NCBI GenBank assembly: GCA_963712695.1
Contig: CAVQJD010000011.1
Coordinates: 69,336 to 133,335, forward strand
Origin: an uncultured Gammaproteobacteria bacterium
GTDB taxonomy: Bacteria > Pseudomonadota > Gammaproteobacteria > UBA9214
Reading direction: 5' to 3'
Length of the DNA stretch: 64,000 nucleotides
Shown piece after piece: positions 19,173 through 29,783 of the stretch (position 1 is the stretch's first letter; each line of letters begins with the position of its first letter). The translations under genes were made by a program, and so were the position numbers. The notes under the pieces were generated by a model. That model was not told the DNA's origin. It did not search any database and saw only the letters and a program-made list of their open reading frames with translations.

Positions 19173-21259
19173 ATGGCTGCGCCAATGGAGTCAGCGGCAA
19201 AGACTCCAAGCGGATTATCTGCTGCTGCTTCAAATACTGCCGGAAAGAAACTGCCCGTAACGAATGCCACCGGAGCAAGCAACGCGAGATTCGCCCACGG
19301 CGACAGGCTCGCATGCGTGAACAGCAGCACCAGAATGAACAATCCGCCGATAAACTGCAGCAGCGGACGCTGGCCGGGCCTGATGAAGGTACTGCCAAGC
19401 CCGGATATGACCAGGAAACTGATCGCCCCGAGTACCAGTGCGTCATGATAGATATACAGCTTCCTGAACAGTGCCAGAATCAGATAATGCTCGATTACCA
19501 GAAAGTTGGCGCCTATGAACAGACTTATCAGTATGACCTGCGGGAAAGTTTTCCCGGGAATTTTCGGGTCTCCACTTTTTTTCAACAGCAGGTACAGAAA
19601 GCCGGCAAATACCGCCAGCAGGCCACCGACCAGCGCGAACAGCTTGCCGACCTGCTGCGTGGAAAAGATATGCTGGACATTCCCGGCCAGGAACGGCTGG
19701 TCGTCGCTGATGGGCCTGAATGCCGAACGATCCCAGCTGCCTCCCAGTTCCACGGGCATGTCAACGAAAAAGGGCGCTAATCCCGCGCCCACTCTGGCAA
19801 CGACCGGCTGAATATAAAACGCCTGTACCTCACCGAGTGCGGGCAGGTTTTCTGACCTTCTCGCGGCCATAATCAGGAACTCACCGCGATTCCGGTAGAC
19901 GCGGACCTGCAGCCCGATGTCCGGGCTCGCCAGTGTGTGCATGTATTGTTCTGTCAGGATGGACCGTGGATCGAGCACGGATGGATACCAGATGGCCAGC
20001 ACCCCTTCCTCCGTCAGGTGGTTGCTGAGTGTCTTGTAGGCTTCGAGGGTACGTATCATGTTACCGGGCTCCAGCATCATCTGCGGGTATCCGCCAACGC
20101 TGGGGAGATAAATCAGGTCAAAACGCTCAGCGGAGTTTTCCATAAAGCTGCGTGCTTCATGGTTGACCACTTCCACGCTACTGTCCTGGTACACGTGGTC
20201 GAAACGCTCGGCAAGAACCCCCTGCACCGCCCTGATAACGGCCGGCTCGATCTCAATGGCCAGGATCTTCCTGAAATCGTGCCCCGATTTACGTGCGTAT
20301 TGCACCTGGCGGCCGCCACCTGCACCGATGATTGCAATCCGGCCACCCGGTGGCGCCCACTCAAGCGGCAGCATCCCGATATTGTGCTCGAAATAGCCAT
20401 TGCCAGGGGCATAACGCCACTGAATGATGTCGTTGTAGAAACCGATGTAGTGTTCCATCCCGGTTTTCTGCATGACCTCGACGAGACTGTAGGTGCCCCA
20501 TTCCTGGTATATGGTCTGGTAACCCTGCTGGCTGGCATAGGCATGGGTGGACTGCATGCTGGTGCCCTTGTACAAGTGCAGGAAGCCACTTTCAAGCTGT
20601 GGCACGAACAGCAACACGGCAATAACCGACTGCTGGAAAAACAACAACCGGCTTGCCCGGGCAGGCGGGCTGAGCAGCAGCATTGACACGGCGACCAGCA
20701 GAAACGGAATGCCCAGAAGACGCGCAGCACCCAGCAGCGGGAAGGCGAACTCTGCAAACAGGTACGCCCCGGCCGCGCCAAACAGGTACAGCGCATAAAC
20801 TACCGGCATCCGGCCCTTGAGGTGCCTGCGGCCGATCTGGTACCCAACGTATTCGCTCAGTCCGTAGGCAAGAAAAAACGGCAGAAACAACAGCGTGAAC
20901 GTGAGCATCTGGACGAACAGACGCTGCAGCTCGACATCGAACAGGTGCGCCCGGAGGTAGTCAAAATGCTTGCTGGTCAGCATGGCAAGGATGGAAACGA
21001 CCATCGCCCCCTGCAGGATCCATAATGCATTCAGAAAGGACTGGTTGCTGATGCGCAGGAAATAGGCACCTGCCAGCGCACCCAGGGGAAAGCCGATGAA
21101 CAGCAGGTCGAAAAACAGCGACGGCATGATGAAGAAGGTGAGCAGCCGGAACAGGACAATGGTGAACAGGACGGTAGCGAACGACAGCAGAAACAGCACC
21201 AGCGGAAGTTTCCGGGGGCTCAAACGTTCTCCAGCTGCATGTTGTCCGGGTGATGGCAT
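19031..21259 (-). CDS. Polytopic membrane protein with a central spermidine-synthase-like (class I SAM-dependent fold) domain; resembles fused MFS/spermidine synthase proteins
   Basis: 742 aa. Residues ~17-215 and ~525-742 are runs of hydrophobic helices (about 6 each). The central ~300 aa carries GGRIAIIGAGGGRQVQYA...ILAIEIEPAVI...FDLIYLPSVGG, which looks like a SpeE/methyltransferase Rossmann pattern. Confidence 0.75.
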   Translation of the reverse strand: MPSPGQHAAGERLSPRKLPLVLFLLSFATVLFTIVLFRLLTFFIMPSLFFDLLFIGFPLGALAGAYFLRISNQSFLNALWILQGAMVVSILAMLTSKHFDYLRAHLFDVELQRLFVQMLTFTLLFLPFFLAYGLSEYVGYQIGRRHLKGRMPVVYALYLFGAAGAYLFAEFAFPLLGAARLLGIPFLLVAVSMLLLSPPARASRLLFFQQSVIAVLLFVPQLESGFLHLYKGTSMQSTHAYASQQGYQTIYQEWGTYSLVEVMQKTGMEHYIGFYNDIIQWRYAPGNGYFEHNIGMLPLEWAPPGGRIAIIGAGGGRQVQYARKSGHDFRKILAIEIEPAVIRAVQGVLAERFDHVYQDSSVEVVNHEARSFMENSAERFDLIYLPSVGGYPQMMLEPGNMIRTLEAYKTLSNHLTEEGVLAIWYPSVLDPRSILTEQYMHTLASPDIGLQVRVYRNRGEFLIMAARRSENLPALGEVQAFYIQPVVARVGAGLAPFFVDMPVELGGSWDRSAFRPISDDQPFLAGNVQHIFSTQQVGKLFALVGGLLAVFAGFLYLLLKKSGDPKIPGKTFPQVILISLFIGANFLVIEHYLILALFRKLYIYHDALVLGAISFLVISGLGSTFIRPGQRPLLQFIGGLFILVLLFTHASLSPWANLALLAPVAFVTGSFFPAVFEAAADNPLGVFAADSIGAAIGSLVSFFIPIVFGFDWFFVFATVIFWATAIATYLFFRNPPGIAVGN

Positions 21260-21534
21260 TTTTCTTTATCTGGCAATGCAGAGTGTGTTTTCCCAGTTCG
21301 TTATAGTAATCGCCGGGCCGGAAAATGGGGTACGCCGGTTTGTTGCCCATTGCCGCTTGCGCGGGCAATCAAACGCACATTTGGCCAACAACCTTGCCAT
21401 CAGAAGGAAGCGGTACACCGGCACGGGAATGACTGCATGATATGCCCTGTACCCGGTATACCCTCTGTGGTAATTGATGTTTGCTGATATCCCTGCGACA
21501 GATGTTTTCCGGAGGTCCTGCGCAACGGGGCATG

Positions 21535-21563
21535 AAAAAGCCGGGCTGTGCCCGGCTTTTTTT
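21535..21563 (-). terminator. Rho-independent terminator of the alpha operon (after rplQ)
   Basis: The sequence aaaaagccgggc-tgt-gcccggcttttttt lies 23 nt past the rplQ stop. The stem has runs on both sides. Confidence 0.8.
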
Positions 21564-21585
21564 CGGCTCGATTTAACCGTGCTGC

Positions 21586-21966
21586 CTACCCGGCGCCGGC
21601 CTCGCCCTGCGGACGATCGACCAGCTCGACGTAGGCCATTGGCGCACTGTCGCCCGTACGGTAACCCATTTTCAGGATGCGCAGGTAACCACCGGGACGG
21701 TCCTTGTAGCGCGGCCCCAGTTCGTTGAACAGCTTGCTTACTACCTCGCGGTCACGCAGGCGGCTGAATGCAATACGGCGCTTGTGCACGGAATCACTTT
21801 TCGCCATGGTGATGAAGGGCTCGGCAACGCGGCGCAATTCCTTGGCCTTCGGCAGCGTGGTCCTGATCGCCTCGTGGCGCAGCAATGATACCGCCATATT
21901 CTGGAACATGGCCTTGCGATGTGAACTGTTGCGGTTTAATTGCCGCCCTGACTTACGGTGACGCAT
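21586..21966 (-). CDS. rplQ: 50S ribosomal protein L17
   Basis: 126 aa starting [24 protein letters not shown]...; it follows rpoA. Confidence 0.97.
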   Translation of the reverse strand: MRHRKSGRQLNRNSSHRKAMFQNMAVSLLRHEAIRTTLPKAKELRRVAEPFITMAKSDSVHKRRIAFSRLRDREVVSKLFNELGPRYKDRPGGYLRILKMGYRTGDSAPMAYVELVDRPQGEAGAG

Positions 21967-21987
21967 GGTTTGGATCCTGTAGTGTCT

Positions 21988-22995
21988 TCAGCCGCTTACG
22001 GCTTCGATTTTCTTGCTGGCGAGTCTGGCCGGCGGCCAGTTCTCCAGACGCATGCCCAGTGACAGGCCCTTGGTGGCGAGCACGTCCTTGATTTCGGTTA
22101 GTGACTTCTTGCCCAGGTTAGGGGTCTTCAGCAGTTCGACCTCGGTACGCTGGATCAGGTCACCGATGAAGTAGATGCTTTCCGCCTTCAGGCAATTGGC
22201 GGAACGCACGGTCAGTTCGAGGTCGTCGACCGGACGCAGCAGGATCGGGTCGATGTCAGTCTCCGGCATGGTTGTGGCTTCCTGCGTGCTGGCCTGCAGG
22301 TCGACAAAAGCCGACAGCTGATCCTGCAGGATGGTCGCTGCATGACGGATAGCCTCTTCCGGGTTGACGGTGCCATTGGTTTCGATGTCGATAATAAGCT
22401 TGTCCAGGTCGGTGCGCTGCTCGACGCGGGCACGATCGACGTTGTAGGAAATACGGTTGACCGGACTGAACGAGGCATCCAGCTGCAGGCTGCCGATAGG
22501 ACGGCCTTCGCCCTCAACTTCCTCACGACGCGTGGCTGGCTGGTAACCACGCCCCTTGGCAACCTTCAGGGTCATGTTCAGCTCGCCGGCCTTGGTCAGG
22601 TTGGCAATCACAAAGTCCGGGTTGATGATCTCGATGTCGTGGTCGAGCTTGATGTCACCGGCAGTGACCGGACCCGGGCCTTTCTTGCTGAGCGTCAGGG
22701 TGGCCTGCTCGCGGTTATGCATGCGCAGGGCAACCTTCTTCAGGTTCAGCAGGATATCGATAACGTCTTCCTGCACGCCCTCGATGGTCGAGTACTCGTG
22801 CAGCACACCCTCGATTTCCGCGTTGATGATGGCGGTACCCGGCATGGACGACAGCAGAATACGGCGCAAGGCGTTGCCCAGTGTATGCCCGAAGCCGCGC
22901 TCCAGCGGCTCCAGCGTGACCTTGGCGTGGTTATTGTTGATCGCCTGGACATCCACGATACGGGGTTTCAGGAATTCATTGACATTACCCAGCAT
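21988..22995 (-). CDS. rpoA: DNA-directed RNA polymerase subunit alpha
   Basis: Starting at the Met at 22995 gives [17 protein letters not shown]..., the typical RpoA N-terminus. The ORF is open to 23010. Product is 335 aa. Confidence 0.97.
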   Translation of the reverse strand: MLGNVNEFLKPRIVDVQAINNNHAKVTLEPLERGFGHTLGNALRRILLSSMPGTAIINAEIEGVLHEYSTIEGVQEDVIDILLNLKKVALRMHNREQATLTLSKKGPGPVTAGDIKLDHDIEIINPDFVIANLTKAGELNMTLKVAKGRGYQPATRREEVEGEGRPIGSLQLDASFSPVNRISYNVDRARVEQRTDLDKLIIDIETNGTVNPEEAIRHAATILQDQLSAFVDLQASTQEATTMPETDIDPILLRPVDDLELTVRSANCLKAESIYFIGDLIQRTEVELLKTPNLGKKSLTEIKDVLATKGLSLGMRLENWPPARLASKKIEAVSG

Positions 22996-23013
22996 GAACA
23001 GGTTCCTCAACAG

Positions 23014-23640
23014 TTACTTGGAATACAATTCAACGATCAGATGCTCGTTGATATCGGCCGGCAGTTCACTGCGCTCCGGACGTGACTTGTACACGCCCTG
23101 CATTTTTTTCGAGTCTACGTCGATCCAGTCTGCAATACCGCGCTGCTGGGCCAGGTCCATGGCGGACTGGATACGCAGCTGGTTGCGGGATTTCTCATTG
23201 ACGTTGATAACGTCATTCGGCTTTACCTGGTAGGACGGAATATTCACGCGCGAGCCGTTTACACTGATGGCGTTGTGACGCACCAGCTGACGTGACTCGC
23301 TGCGCGAGGCAGAGAAGCCCATGCGGTAGACCACATTGTCGAGACGACCCTCCAGCAGCTGCAGCAGGTTTTCACCCGTCGAGCCCTTGGTGCTGGCGGC
23401 CTGCTTGTAATAGTTGCGGAACTGGCGCTCCAGTATGCCGTAGATGCGGCGGACCTTCTGTTTCTCGCGCAGCTGGGTCGCATAGTCAGACAGACGCGTA
23501 CGACGCTGGCCGTGCTGTCCCGGCGGGAACGGACGGCTCTCGACGGCGCACTTGGCAGTGAAGCACTTCTCGCCTTTCAGGAACAGCTTGCCGCCTTCAC
23601 GACGGCACTGGCGACACTTGGATCCGGTGTACTTGGCCAT
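23014..23640 (-). CDS. rpsD: 30S ribosomal protein S4 (Cys4 zinc-ribbon-type N-terminus)
   Basis: 208 aa starting [31 protein letters not shown]...PGQHGQRR... Confidence 0.97.
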   Translation of the reverse strand: MAKYTGSKCRQCRREGGKLFLKGEKCFTAKCAVESRPFPPGQHGQRRTRLSDYATQLREKQKVRRIYGILERQFRNYYKQAASTKGSTGENLLQLLEGRLDNVVYRMGFSASRSESRQLVRHNAISVNGSRVNIPSYQVKPNDVINVNEKSRNQLRIQSAMDLAQQRGIADWIDVDSKKMQGVYKSRPERSELPADINEHLIVELYSK

Positions 23641-23655
23641 ATCTCTATCCTTCCC

Positions 23656-24039
23656 TTACACGCGGCGTTTCTTGGGTGGCCGGCAACCGTTGTGCGGTAT
23701 CGGCGTTACGTCGGTTATGTTGGTGATCTGGAAACCGCAGTTGTTCAGCGCGCGCACGGCAGATTCGCGGCCGGGACCCGGGCCTTTCACCTCGACCTCG
23801 AGGTTCTTCATGCCGTATTCCTTCACCTTTTCACCGGCCTTTTCGGCGGCGACCTGCGCGGCGAACGGCGTGCTCTTGCGCGAGCCGCGGAATCCCGACC
23901 CGCCAGCCGTCGCCCAGGCCAGTGCATTACCCTGGCGATCGGTGATCATGATGATGGTGTTGTTGAACGATGCGTGAACGTGAGCGATGCCGTCAGCGAC
24001 ATCTTTCTTCACTTTCTTGCGTACAGGTGCTTTTGCCAT
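23656..24039 (-). CDS. rpsK: 30S ribosomal protein S11
   Basis: 127 aa with ...[46 protein letters not shown]... Confidence 0.97.
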   Translation of the reverse strand: MAKAPVRKKVKKDVADGIAHVHASFNNTIIMITDRQGNALAWATAGGSGFRGSRKSTPFAAQVAAEKAGEKVKEYGMKNLEVEVKGPGPGRESAVRALNNCGFQITNITDVTPIPHNGCRPPKKRRV

Positions 24040-24079
24040 ACCGGGGTTCCAGTTTTATCCAGTCGATTCGATGATGTTT

Positions 24080-24436
24080 TTACTTGCGGATCGGACGCCG
24101 CGGACCCTTGCGGGTGCGACCGTTGGTCCGCGTGCGCTGACCGTGCACCGGCAGTCCGCGACGGTGGCGGATACCGCGGTAGCAACCCAGGTCCATAAGT
24201 CGTTTGATATTCATGGACACGGTACGACGCAGGTCGCCTTCAACGGTATAGCGCGCAATCTCGGTGCGGATGCTTTCAAGTTCAGACTCGCTGAGATCCT
24301 TGATCTTCATATCCTGCTTGACGCCGGTGGCGTTGCATATCTTCTGCGCCGTGACACGGCCGATGCCATAAATCCCGGTCAGCGCAATCACTGCATGCTT
24401 GTGGTCAGCAATATTAATTCCGGCTATACGAGCCAT
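24080..24436 (-). CDS. rpsM: 30S ribosomal protein S13
   Basis: 118 aa starting [26 protein letters not shown]... Confidence 0.97.
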   Translation of the reverse strand: MARIAGINIADHKHAVIALTGIYGIGRVTAQKICNATGVKQDMKIKDLSESELESIRTEIARYTVEGDLRRTVSMNIKRLMDLGCYRGIRHRRGLPVHGQRTRTNGRTRKGPRRPIRK

Positions 24437-24608
24437 TTAAATCTTCTCCAACGTGGTACGTTTTTTTACGTGCCGCCAAAAAGCGGGTAAGAATAACCCT
24501 GTCAGGCCAATAAATCAAACCCAAACGACAGCTCTCCGATCCGGGCAACCCCGCACCGCCTGCTCCAAATACATATCAATTCAATGTCTTGCATAAACCC
24601 GCGACGGC

Positions 24609-24722
24609 TCAGCCCTGACGCTGTTTGTGGCGGCCATCCTTGCAGATGACCCGTACCACACCCTTGCGTCGAACGACCTTGCAGTTGCGGCAAATACACT
24701 TGACCGAAGCACGCACTTTCAT
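24609..24722 (-). CDS. rpmJ: 50S ribosomal protein L36 (Zn-binding C+ form)
   Basis: Below the ORF-track size cut-off. Manual minus-strand translation gives [37 protein letters not shown] (37 aa), located between secY and rpsM. Confidence 0.93.
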   Translation of the reverse strand: MKVRASVKCICRNCKVVRRKGVVRVICKDGRHKQRQG

Positions 24723-24749
24723 GTCATTACACCCCTGGGTAGACCGATG

Positions 24750-26105
24750 CTAACGCAGCAGACCGGTTCCGCCGTGTCCTTTCAGGTTCGCCTTCTTCAT
24801 CAACCCGCTGTACTGGTGTGAAACCAGGTGGGTCTGAACCTGCGCCATGAAATCCATGGTCACCACGACAATAATCAATAACGATGTACCGCCGAAATAG
24901 AACGGTACGTTCCAGTACAGAATCAGAAACTCCGGCATCAGGCATACCAGCGTGATATACACGGCACCGGCGGTGGTCAGCCGGGTCATCACACGGTCGA
25001 TGTACTGCGCGGTCTGGTCACCGGGACGGATTCCCGGGATGAACGCGCCGGATTTCTTCAGGTTGTCTGCCGTCTCCTTGGCATTGAACACCAGCGCGGT
25101 GTAGAAGAAGCAGAAAAAGACGATGGCCAGGGCATAGAAGATCACATACAGCGGCTGTCCTGGCGACAGTGTTGTCGCGATATCGCTCAGCCAGCCCATG
25201 CCCTCGCTCTGCCCGACCCAGCTGCCCATGGTCGCCGGGAACAGGATGATGCTCGAGGCGAAGATCGGCGGAATCACGCCGGCCATGTTGATCTTCAGCG
25301 GCAGGTGGGTGCTCTGCGCGGCATATACCTTGCGGCCCTGCTGGCGCTTGGCGTAATTCACCGTGATGCGGCGCTGGCCGCGCTCGACAAAAACCACGAA
25401 ACCTGTCACCGCCAGTGCCAGCGCGAACAACAGGAGGATGGTCATGACATTCATTTCACCGGTGCGCACCAGTTCCAGCGTGCCGCCGATCGCCGAGGGC
25501 AGGCCTGCAACGATACCGGAGAAGATGATGATCGAGATACCGTTACCGACGCCGCGCTCGGTGACCTGCTCGCCAAGCCACATCAGGAACACGGTACCGG
25601 TCACCAGCGTCACCACTGCGGTGAGCACGAAGGCGGGGCCGGGATTCAGCACCAGGCCACTGCCGGCAACCTGCTGTGCCTGCAGCGCAGTGGAAATGCC
25701 AAACGCCTGCATGGTCGCCAGGCCCACCGTGCCGTAACGGGTGTACTGGGTAATCTTGTGCCGGCCCGCTTCACCCCCCTCCTTCTTGAGTTGCTCCAGT
25801 GACGGTACCGTCACGGTCAGCAGGTTCATGATAATGGAGGCCGAGATGTAGGGCATGATACCGAGCGCAAACAGCGACAGGCGCTCGAGCGCGCCACCCG
25901 AGAACATATTGAACATTTCCAGGATGGTGCCGCGCTGCTGTTCGACCAGTGCCGCCAGCACGTGCGGATCGATACCCGGCAGCGGAATAAACGATCCGAT
26001 GCGGAATACGATGATGGCGCCAATGACGAAAAAGAGCCGCTGACGCAGCTCTTTCAGCTGCCCGAGACCCGCGGCAGCGCCCGAGATGGAGGGACCGGTA
26101 GCCAT
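24750..26105 (-). CDS. secY: Preprotein translocase subunit SecY
   Basis: 451 aa and multi-TM, with ...[27 protein letters not shown]...; at the spc operon position after rplO. Confidence 0.97.
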   Translation of the reverse strand: MATGPSISGAAAGLGQLKELRQRLFFVIGAIIVFRIGSFIPLPGIDPHVLAALVEQQRGTILEMFNMFSGGALERLSLFALGIMPYISASIIMNLLTVTVPSLEQLKKEGGEAGRHKITQYTRYGTVGLATMQAFGISTALQAQQVAGSGLVLNPGPAFVLTAVVTLVTGTVFLMWLGEQVTERGVGNGISIIIFSGIVAGLPSAIGGTLELVRTGEMNVMTILLLFALALAVTGFVVFVERGQRRITVNYAKRQQGRKVYAAQSTHLPLKINMAGVIPPIFASSIILFPATMGSWVGQSEGMGWLSDIATTLSPGQPLYVIFYALAIVFFCFFYTALVFNAKETADNLKKSGAFIPGIRPGDQTAQYIDRVMTRLTTAGAVYITLVCLMPEFLILYWNVPFYFGGTSLLIIVVVTMDFMAQVQTHLVSHQYSGLMKKANLKGHGGTGLLR

Positions 26106-26540
26106 TTAGTCCTCGATCCTGCCCCCGGCGGATTCGATGGCGGTGCGTGCGCCGCGCGTCACCAGGATGCCCTTCAGGGTTACGGCCTTGTCGAGCTTGC
26201 CCGAGGCAAATACCTTCACCCGCGAGATACCGCGCGCGATCAGGTTGGCCTTCTTGAGTGCCTCGAGATCGATCACCTCGGCGTCCACGAGCGCCAGTTC
26301 ATGCAGGCGTATCTCGCCGGTACTGCGCGACTTGGCGGTAGTGAAGCCGATCTTCGGCAGACGCCGCTGCAGCGGCATCTGGCCGCCCTCGAAGCCGACC
26401 TTGTGGAAACCGCCGGAGCGTTCTTTCTGGCCCTTGTGACCGCGACCGCAGGTCTTGCCCAGCCCGGAACCGATTCCGCGTCCCACGCGCCTGGCATTTG
26501 TCCTGCTGCCGGCTCCCGGCTTCAGTGTATTCAATCTCAT
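26106..26540 (-). CDS. rplO: 50S ribosomal protein L15
   Basis: 144 aa starting [38 protein letters not shown]... Confidence 0.97.
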   Translation of the reverse strand: MRLNTLKPGAGSRTNARRVGRGIGSGLGKTCGRGHKGQKERSGGFHKVGFEGGQMPLQRRLPKIGFTTAKSRSTGEIRLHELALVDAEVIDLEALKKANLIARGISRVKVFASGKLDKAVTLKGILVTRGARTAIESAGGRIED

Positions 26541-26543
26541 AAC

Positions 26544-26729
26544 CTAGTCCTCCACCCTGACCATGTACTGGATCTTGTTAATCATGCCGCGCACTTCCGG
26601 CGTGTCATCCAGTTCGACGGTGTGATGCATACGATGCAGGCCCAGGCCGCGCACGGTGTCGCGGTGACTCTGGATACGCCCGTAGGCGCTGCGGGTCTGC
26701 GTTACCCTGATCTTCTTGGTGGCAGCCAT
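26544..26729 (-). CDS. rpmD: 50S ribosomal protein L30
   Basis: The internal Met at 26729 gives [31 protein letters not shown]... (61 aa). The longer ORF to 26858 overlaps rpsE. Confidence 0.95.
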   Translation of the reverse strand: MAATKKIRVTQTRSAYGRIQSHRDTVRGLGLHRMHHTVELDDTPEVRGMINKIQYMVRVED

Positions 26730-26734
26730 GGTTG

Positions 26735-27241
26735 TTACTCCAGGATTTCCTTGATCGATTTGCCGCGCTTGCTGGCGATTTCTTCCGGCGAGCGCATTTC
26801 TTCCAGGCCGCGAATTGTGGCACGCAGTACGTTCATCGGATTGCTGGAACCGATGCACTTGGCCAGCACGTCGTGCACGCCGACCACCTCGAACACGGCA
26901 CGCATGGCGCCTCCGGCGATAATACCGGTACCTTCGGAGGCAGGCTGCATGTAGACCTTGGCGGCGCCGTGACGTGCGCTGAGCGGGTACTGCAGGGTGC
27001 CGTCCTTGAGGGCGACACTGATCATGTTCTTGCGGGCAGATTCCATGGCCTTCTGGATGGCCGCCGGTACTTCGCGCGCCTTTCCGTAACCATAACCGAC
27101 CCGGCCTTCGCCATCACCAACCACGGTCAGTGCGGTGAAGCCGAACTGACGGCCACCCTTCACAACCTTCGCGACGCGATTGACGGTGACCAGCTTCTCC
27201 AGCAGACCGTCGCCCTGTACCTGTGATTCTACCCTTGCCAT
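26735..27241 (-). CDS. rpsE: 30S ribosomal protein S5
   Basis: 168 aa with ...[47 protein letters not shown]... Confidence 0.97.
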   Translation of the reverse strand: MARVESQVQGDGLLEKLVTVNRVAKVVKGGRQFGFTALTVVGDGEGRVGYGYGKAREVPAAIQKAMESARKNMISVALKDGTLQYPLSARHGAAKVYMQPASEGTGIIAGGAMRAVFEVVGVHDVLAKCIGSSNPMNVLRATIRGLEEMRSPEEIASKRGKSIKEILE

Positions 27242-27255
27242 AGTTCAGCCCTTGA

Positions 27256-27609
27256 TCAGAATTCGAGGCCGCCTTCACGAGCGGCATCGGCCAGCGCCTT
27301 CACGCGACCATGATATTTGAAACCGGAACGGTCAAACGCAACACGCGTGATACCGGCGGCCTTTGCGCGCGCGGCAATCGTCTTGCCGATTACAATGGCG
27401 GCGCTGGTGTCTCCGGTCTTGCTTATGTCCTTGCGCACATCCTTGTCCAGCGTGGATGCACTGGCCATCACCCGGTCACCATCCGGCGAAATGACCTGCG
27501 CATAGATGTGCCGCGGCGTACGGTGAATGCACAGCCGGTTTGCCCCCAGTTTCTTGATATGGGAGCGGGTGCGCCGTGCGCGGCGCAAGCGTGTCTGCTT
27601 TTTTTCCAT
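27256..27609 (-). CDS. rplR: 50S ribosomal protein L18
   Basis: 117 aa starting [40 protein letters not shown]... Confidence 0.97.
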   Translation of the reverse strand: MEKKQTRLRRARRTRSHIKKLGANRLCIHRTPRHIYAQVISPDGDRVMASASTLDKDVRKDISKTGDTSAAIVIGKTIAARAKAAGITRVAFDRSGFKYHGRVKALADAAREGGLEF

Positions 27610-27633
27610 AACCTGTGCCTGCCTGAATAATGC

Positions 27634-28167
27634 CTATTTCTTCTTCGCTTCTTTGCGGACGACCACTTCGTCCGAGTAGCGAACACCCTTGCCCTTGTAG
27701 GGCTCCGGCGGACGGTACGCACGAATCTCCGCCGCGACCTGACCGACCTTCTGCTTGTCGCAACCCCTGAGCAGGATTTCGGTCTGGCTCGGCGTCTCGG
27801 CAGTCACGCCTTCCGGCAGTTCGTAATCGACCGGATGCGAGAAGCCCAGCGTCAGGTTCAGCACCTTGCCCTTGGCCTGTGCGCGGTAACCGACACCGAC
27901 CAGTTCCAGCTTGCGCTCGAAGCCTTCGCTGACACCCGTGACCAGGTTGTTCAGCAGGGCACGGGTTGTACCTGCCAGCGCATTGGCTGCCTGTGATTCG
28001 TCGCGTGGACGGAACGTCAGCTCGACGTCCTCGCGCACCATCTCGACGAGATCGTGGATGGTGTGCGAGAGCGTGCCCTTGGGACCCTTCACCGTCACCT
28101 GCTGACCACTGGTGGTAATCTCCACCGCCTTGGGCAGCACAACCGGCATTTTTGCAACTCTTGACAT
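27634..28167 (-). CDS. rplF: 50S ribosomal protein L6
   Basis: 177 aa starting [33 protein letters not shown]... Confidence 0.97.
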   Translation of the reverse strand: MSRVAKMPVVLPKAVEITTSGQQVTVKGPKGTLSHTIHDLVEMVREDVELTFRPRDESQAANALAGTTRALLNNLVTGVSEGFERKLELVGVGYRAQAKGKVLNLTLGFSHPVDYELPEGVTAETPSQTEILLRGCDKQKVGQVAAEIRAYRPPEPYKGKGVRYSDEVVVRKEAKKK

Positions 28168-28185
28168 GTCTGTAATCCGCCTGGC

Positions 28186-28578
28186 TTAACTCACGATGCA
28201 GAGCACTTCACCGCCCTGTCCGGCCGCGCGGGCCTGGCGGTCACTCATTACACCCTTGGAAGTCGAAACGATCGCCACACCGAGGCCGTTCTGGATTCTC
28301 GGTACGTCGTCCTTGCCCTTGTAGAGGCGCAGTCCCGGACGGCTGGCGCGCTGGATACTTTCTATCACGGGCCGGCCATTATAGTACTTCAGCTCGACAG
28401 AAAGCACCGGCTTGCCGTCCGCGTCGTCAACGGCATAGCCCTTGATGTAGCCTTCATCAGCGAGCACCTGCGCAATCGCGCACTTCAGCTTCGAGGATGG
28501 CATGCTCACCTGTGCCTTGCTGGCAGCCTGCCCGTTACGGATACGGGTCAGTAAATCTGCAATGGGATCTGTCATCAT
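28186..28578 (-). CDS. rpsH: 30S ribosomal protein S8
   Basis: 130 aa starting [19 protein letters not shown]... Confidence 0.97.
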   Translation of the reverse strand: MMTDPIADLLTRIRNGQAASKAQVSMPSSKLKCAIAQVLADEGYIKGYAVDDADGKPVLSVELKYYNGRPVIESIQRASRPGLRLYKGKDDVPRIQNGLGVAIVSTSKGVMSDRQARAAGQGGEVLCIVS

Positions 28579-28584
28579 AATCGT

Positions 28585-28890
28585 TTACCAGCTTGCCTTG
28601 ACCAGTCCGGGAACATCACCACGCATGGCGGCCTCGCGCAGCTTGTTCCGGCTTAGGCCGAATTTACGATAGTAGCCATGCGGCCGTCCGGTCACGCGGC
28701 AACGGTTGCGCCCGCGCACAGGGCTTGAGTCACGCGGCAATTCCTGCAGCTTCATCTGTGCCTGGTAGCGCTCGTCGTAGGACGCCGTGGTACTCTTGAT
28801 AATCGCCTTCAGAGCTGCGCGTCTTGCTGCAAAGCGCTTGACGGTGCGAATACGCTTGCTTTCGCGGGCGATCATGGAATTCTTCGCCAT
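28585..28890 (-). CDS. rpsN: 30S ribosomal protein S14 (long, C- form)
   Basis: 101 aa ending ...[41 protein letters not shown]. Confidence 0.97.
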   Translation of the reverse strand: MAKNSMIARESKRIRTVKRFAARRAALKAIIKSTTASYDERYQAQMKLQELPRDSSPVRGRNRCRVTGRPHGYYRKFGLSRNKLREAAMRGDVPGLVKASW

Positions 28891-28899
28891 ATCTTTACC

Positions 28900-29439
28900 T
28901 CAGTTCCTGAACGGGAAGTTGAATGCAGCCAGCAGGGCGCGCCCCTCTTCGTCCGTCTTTGCTGTTGTCGTGAATGTAATGTCCAAACCCCGCAGGGCGT
29001 CGATCTTGTCGTAATCGATTTCCGGAAAGATGATCTGTTCCTTTACACCCATGTTGTAATTGCCGCGACCGTCGAAGCCCTTCGGGTTCATGCCGCGAAA
29101 GTCGCGGACACGCGGAATGGCGATGTTTATCAACCGGTCCAGGAATTCATACATATGCTCGCGACGCAGGGTCACCTTGCAGCCAACCGGCCAACCCTCG
29201 CGCACCTTGAAGCCGGCAACCGACTTGCGCGCCTTGATCACGATCGGCTTCTGGCCGGCGATCCTGGTCATGTCTTCCACGGCATGTTCCATGACCTTGC
29301 GATCGGCCACAGCCTCGCCTACACCCATGTTCAGCGTGATCTTGGTGATACGCGGAATCTCCATCGGGTTGCTGTAGCCGAACTGCTTTTTGAGTTCGGG
29401 AACCACGGTATCTGTGTAAAACTGTTTAAGCCTGGCCAT
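28900..29439 (-). CDS. rplE: 50S ribosomal protein L5
   Basis: 179 aa starting [43 protein letters not shown]... Confidence 0.97.
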   Translation of the reverse strand: MARLKQFYTDTVVPELKKQFGYSNPMEIPRITKITLNMGVGEAVADRKVMEHAVEDMTRIAGQKPIVIKARKSVAGFKVREGWPVGCKVTLRREHMYEFLDRLINIAIPRVRDFRGMNPKGFDGRGNYNMGVKEQIIFPEIDYDKIDALRGLDITFTTTAKTDEEGRALLAAFNFPFRN

Positions 29440-29456
29440 GTCTCTATACCATTGAA

Positions 29457-29774
29457 TCAGACATCCACCACTTCATTGGTGGACTTGAAAAACCGCACCT
29501 TGCGACCGTCATCCAGCGTTTTATAGCCAACGCGGTCACCCTTGTTCGTCTGCGAATTGAACAACATTACGTTGGAGGCGTCGATCGGCATTTCCTTTTC
29601 GACGATTCCACCCGGCACACCACGGTTCGGGTTCGGCTTGGTGTGACGCTTGACCATATTGATATCAGCGACCACCACCCTGCCGTCCGCCATCACGCGC
29701 ATCACACTGCCGCGTTTGCCCTTGTCCTTTCCTGCGATGACAATGACCTCATCACCTTTCCTGATTCTGTTCAT
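29457..29774 (-). CDS. rplX: 50S ribosomal protein L24
   Basis: 105 aa starting [24 protein letters not shown]... Confidence 0.97.
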   Translation of the reverse strand: MNRIRKGDEVIVIAGKDKGKRGSVMRVMADGRVVVADINMVKRHTKPNPNRGVPGGIVEKEMPIDASNVMLFNSQTNKGDRVGYKTLDDGRKVRFFKSTNEVVDV

Positions 29775-29783
29775 TTTCCGTCC

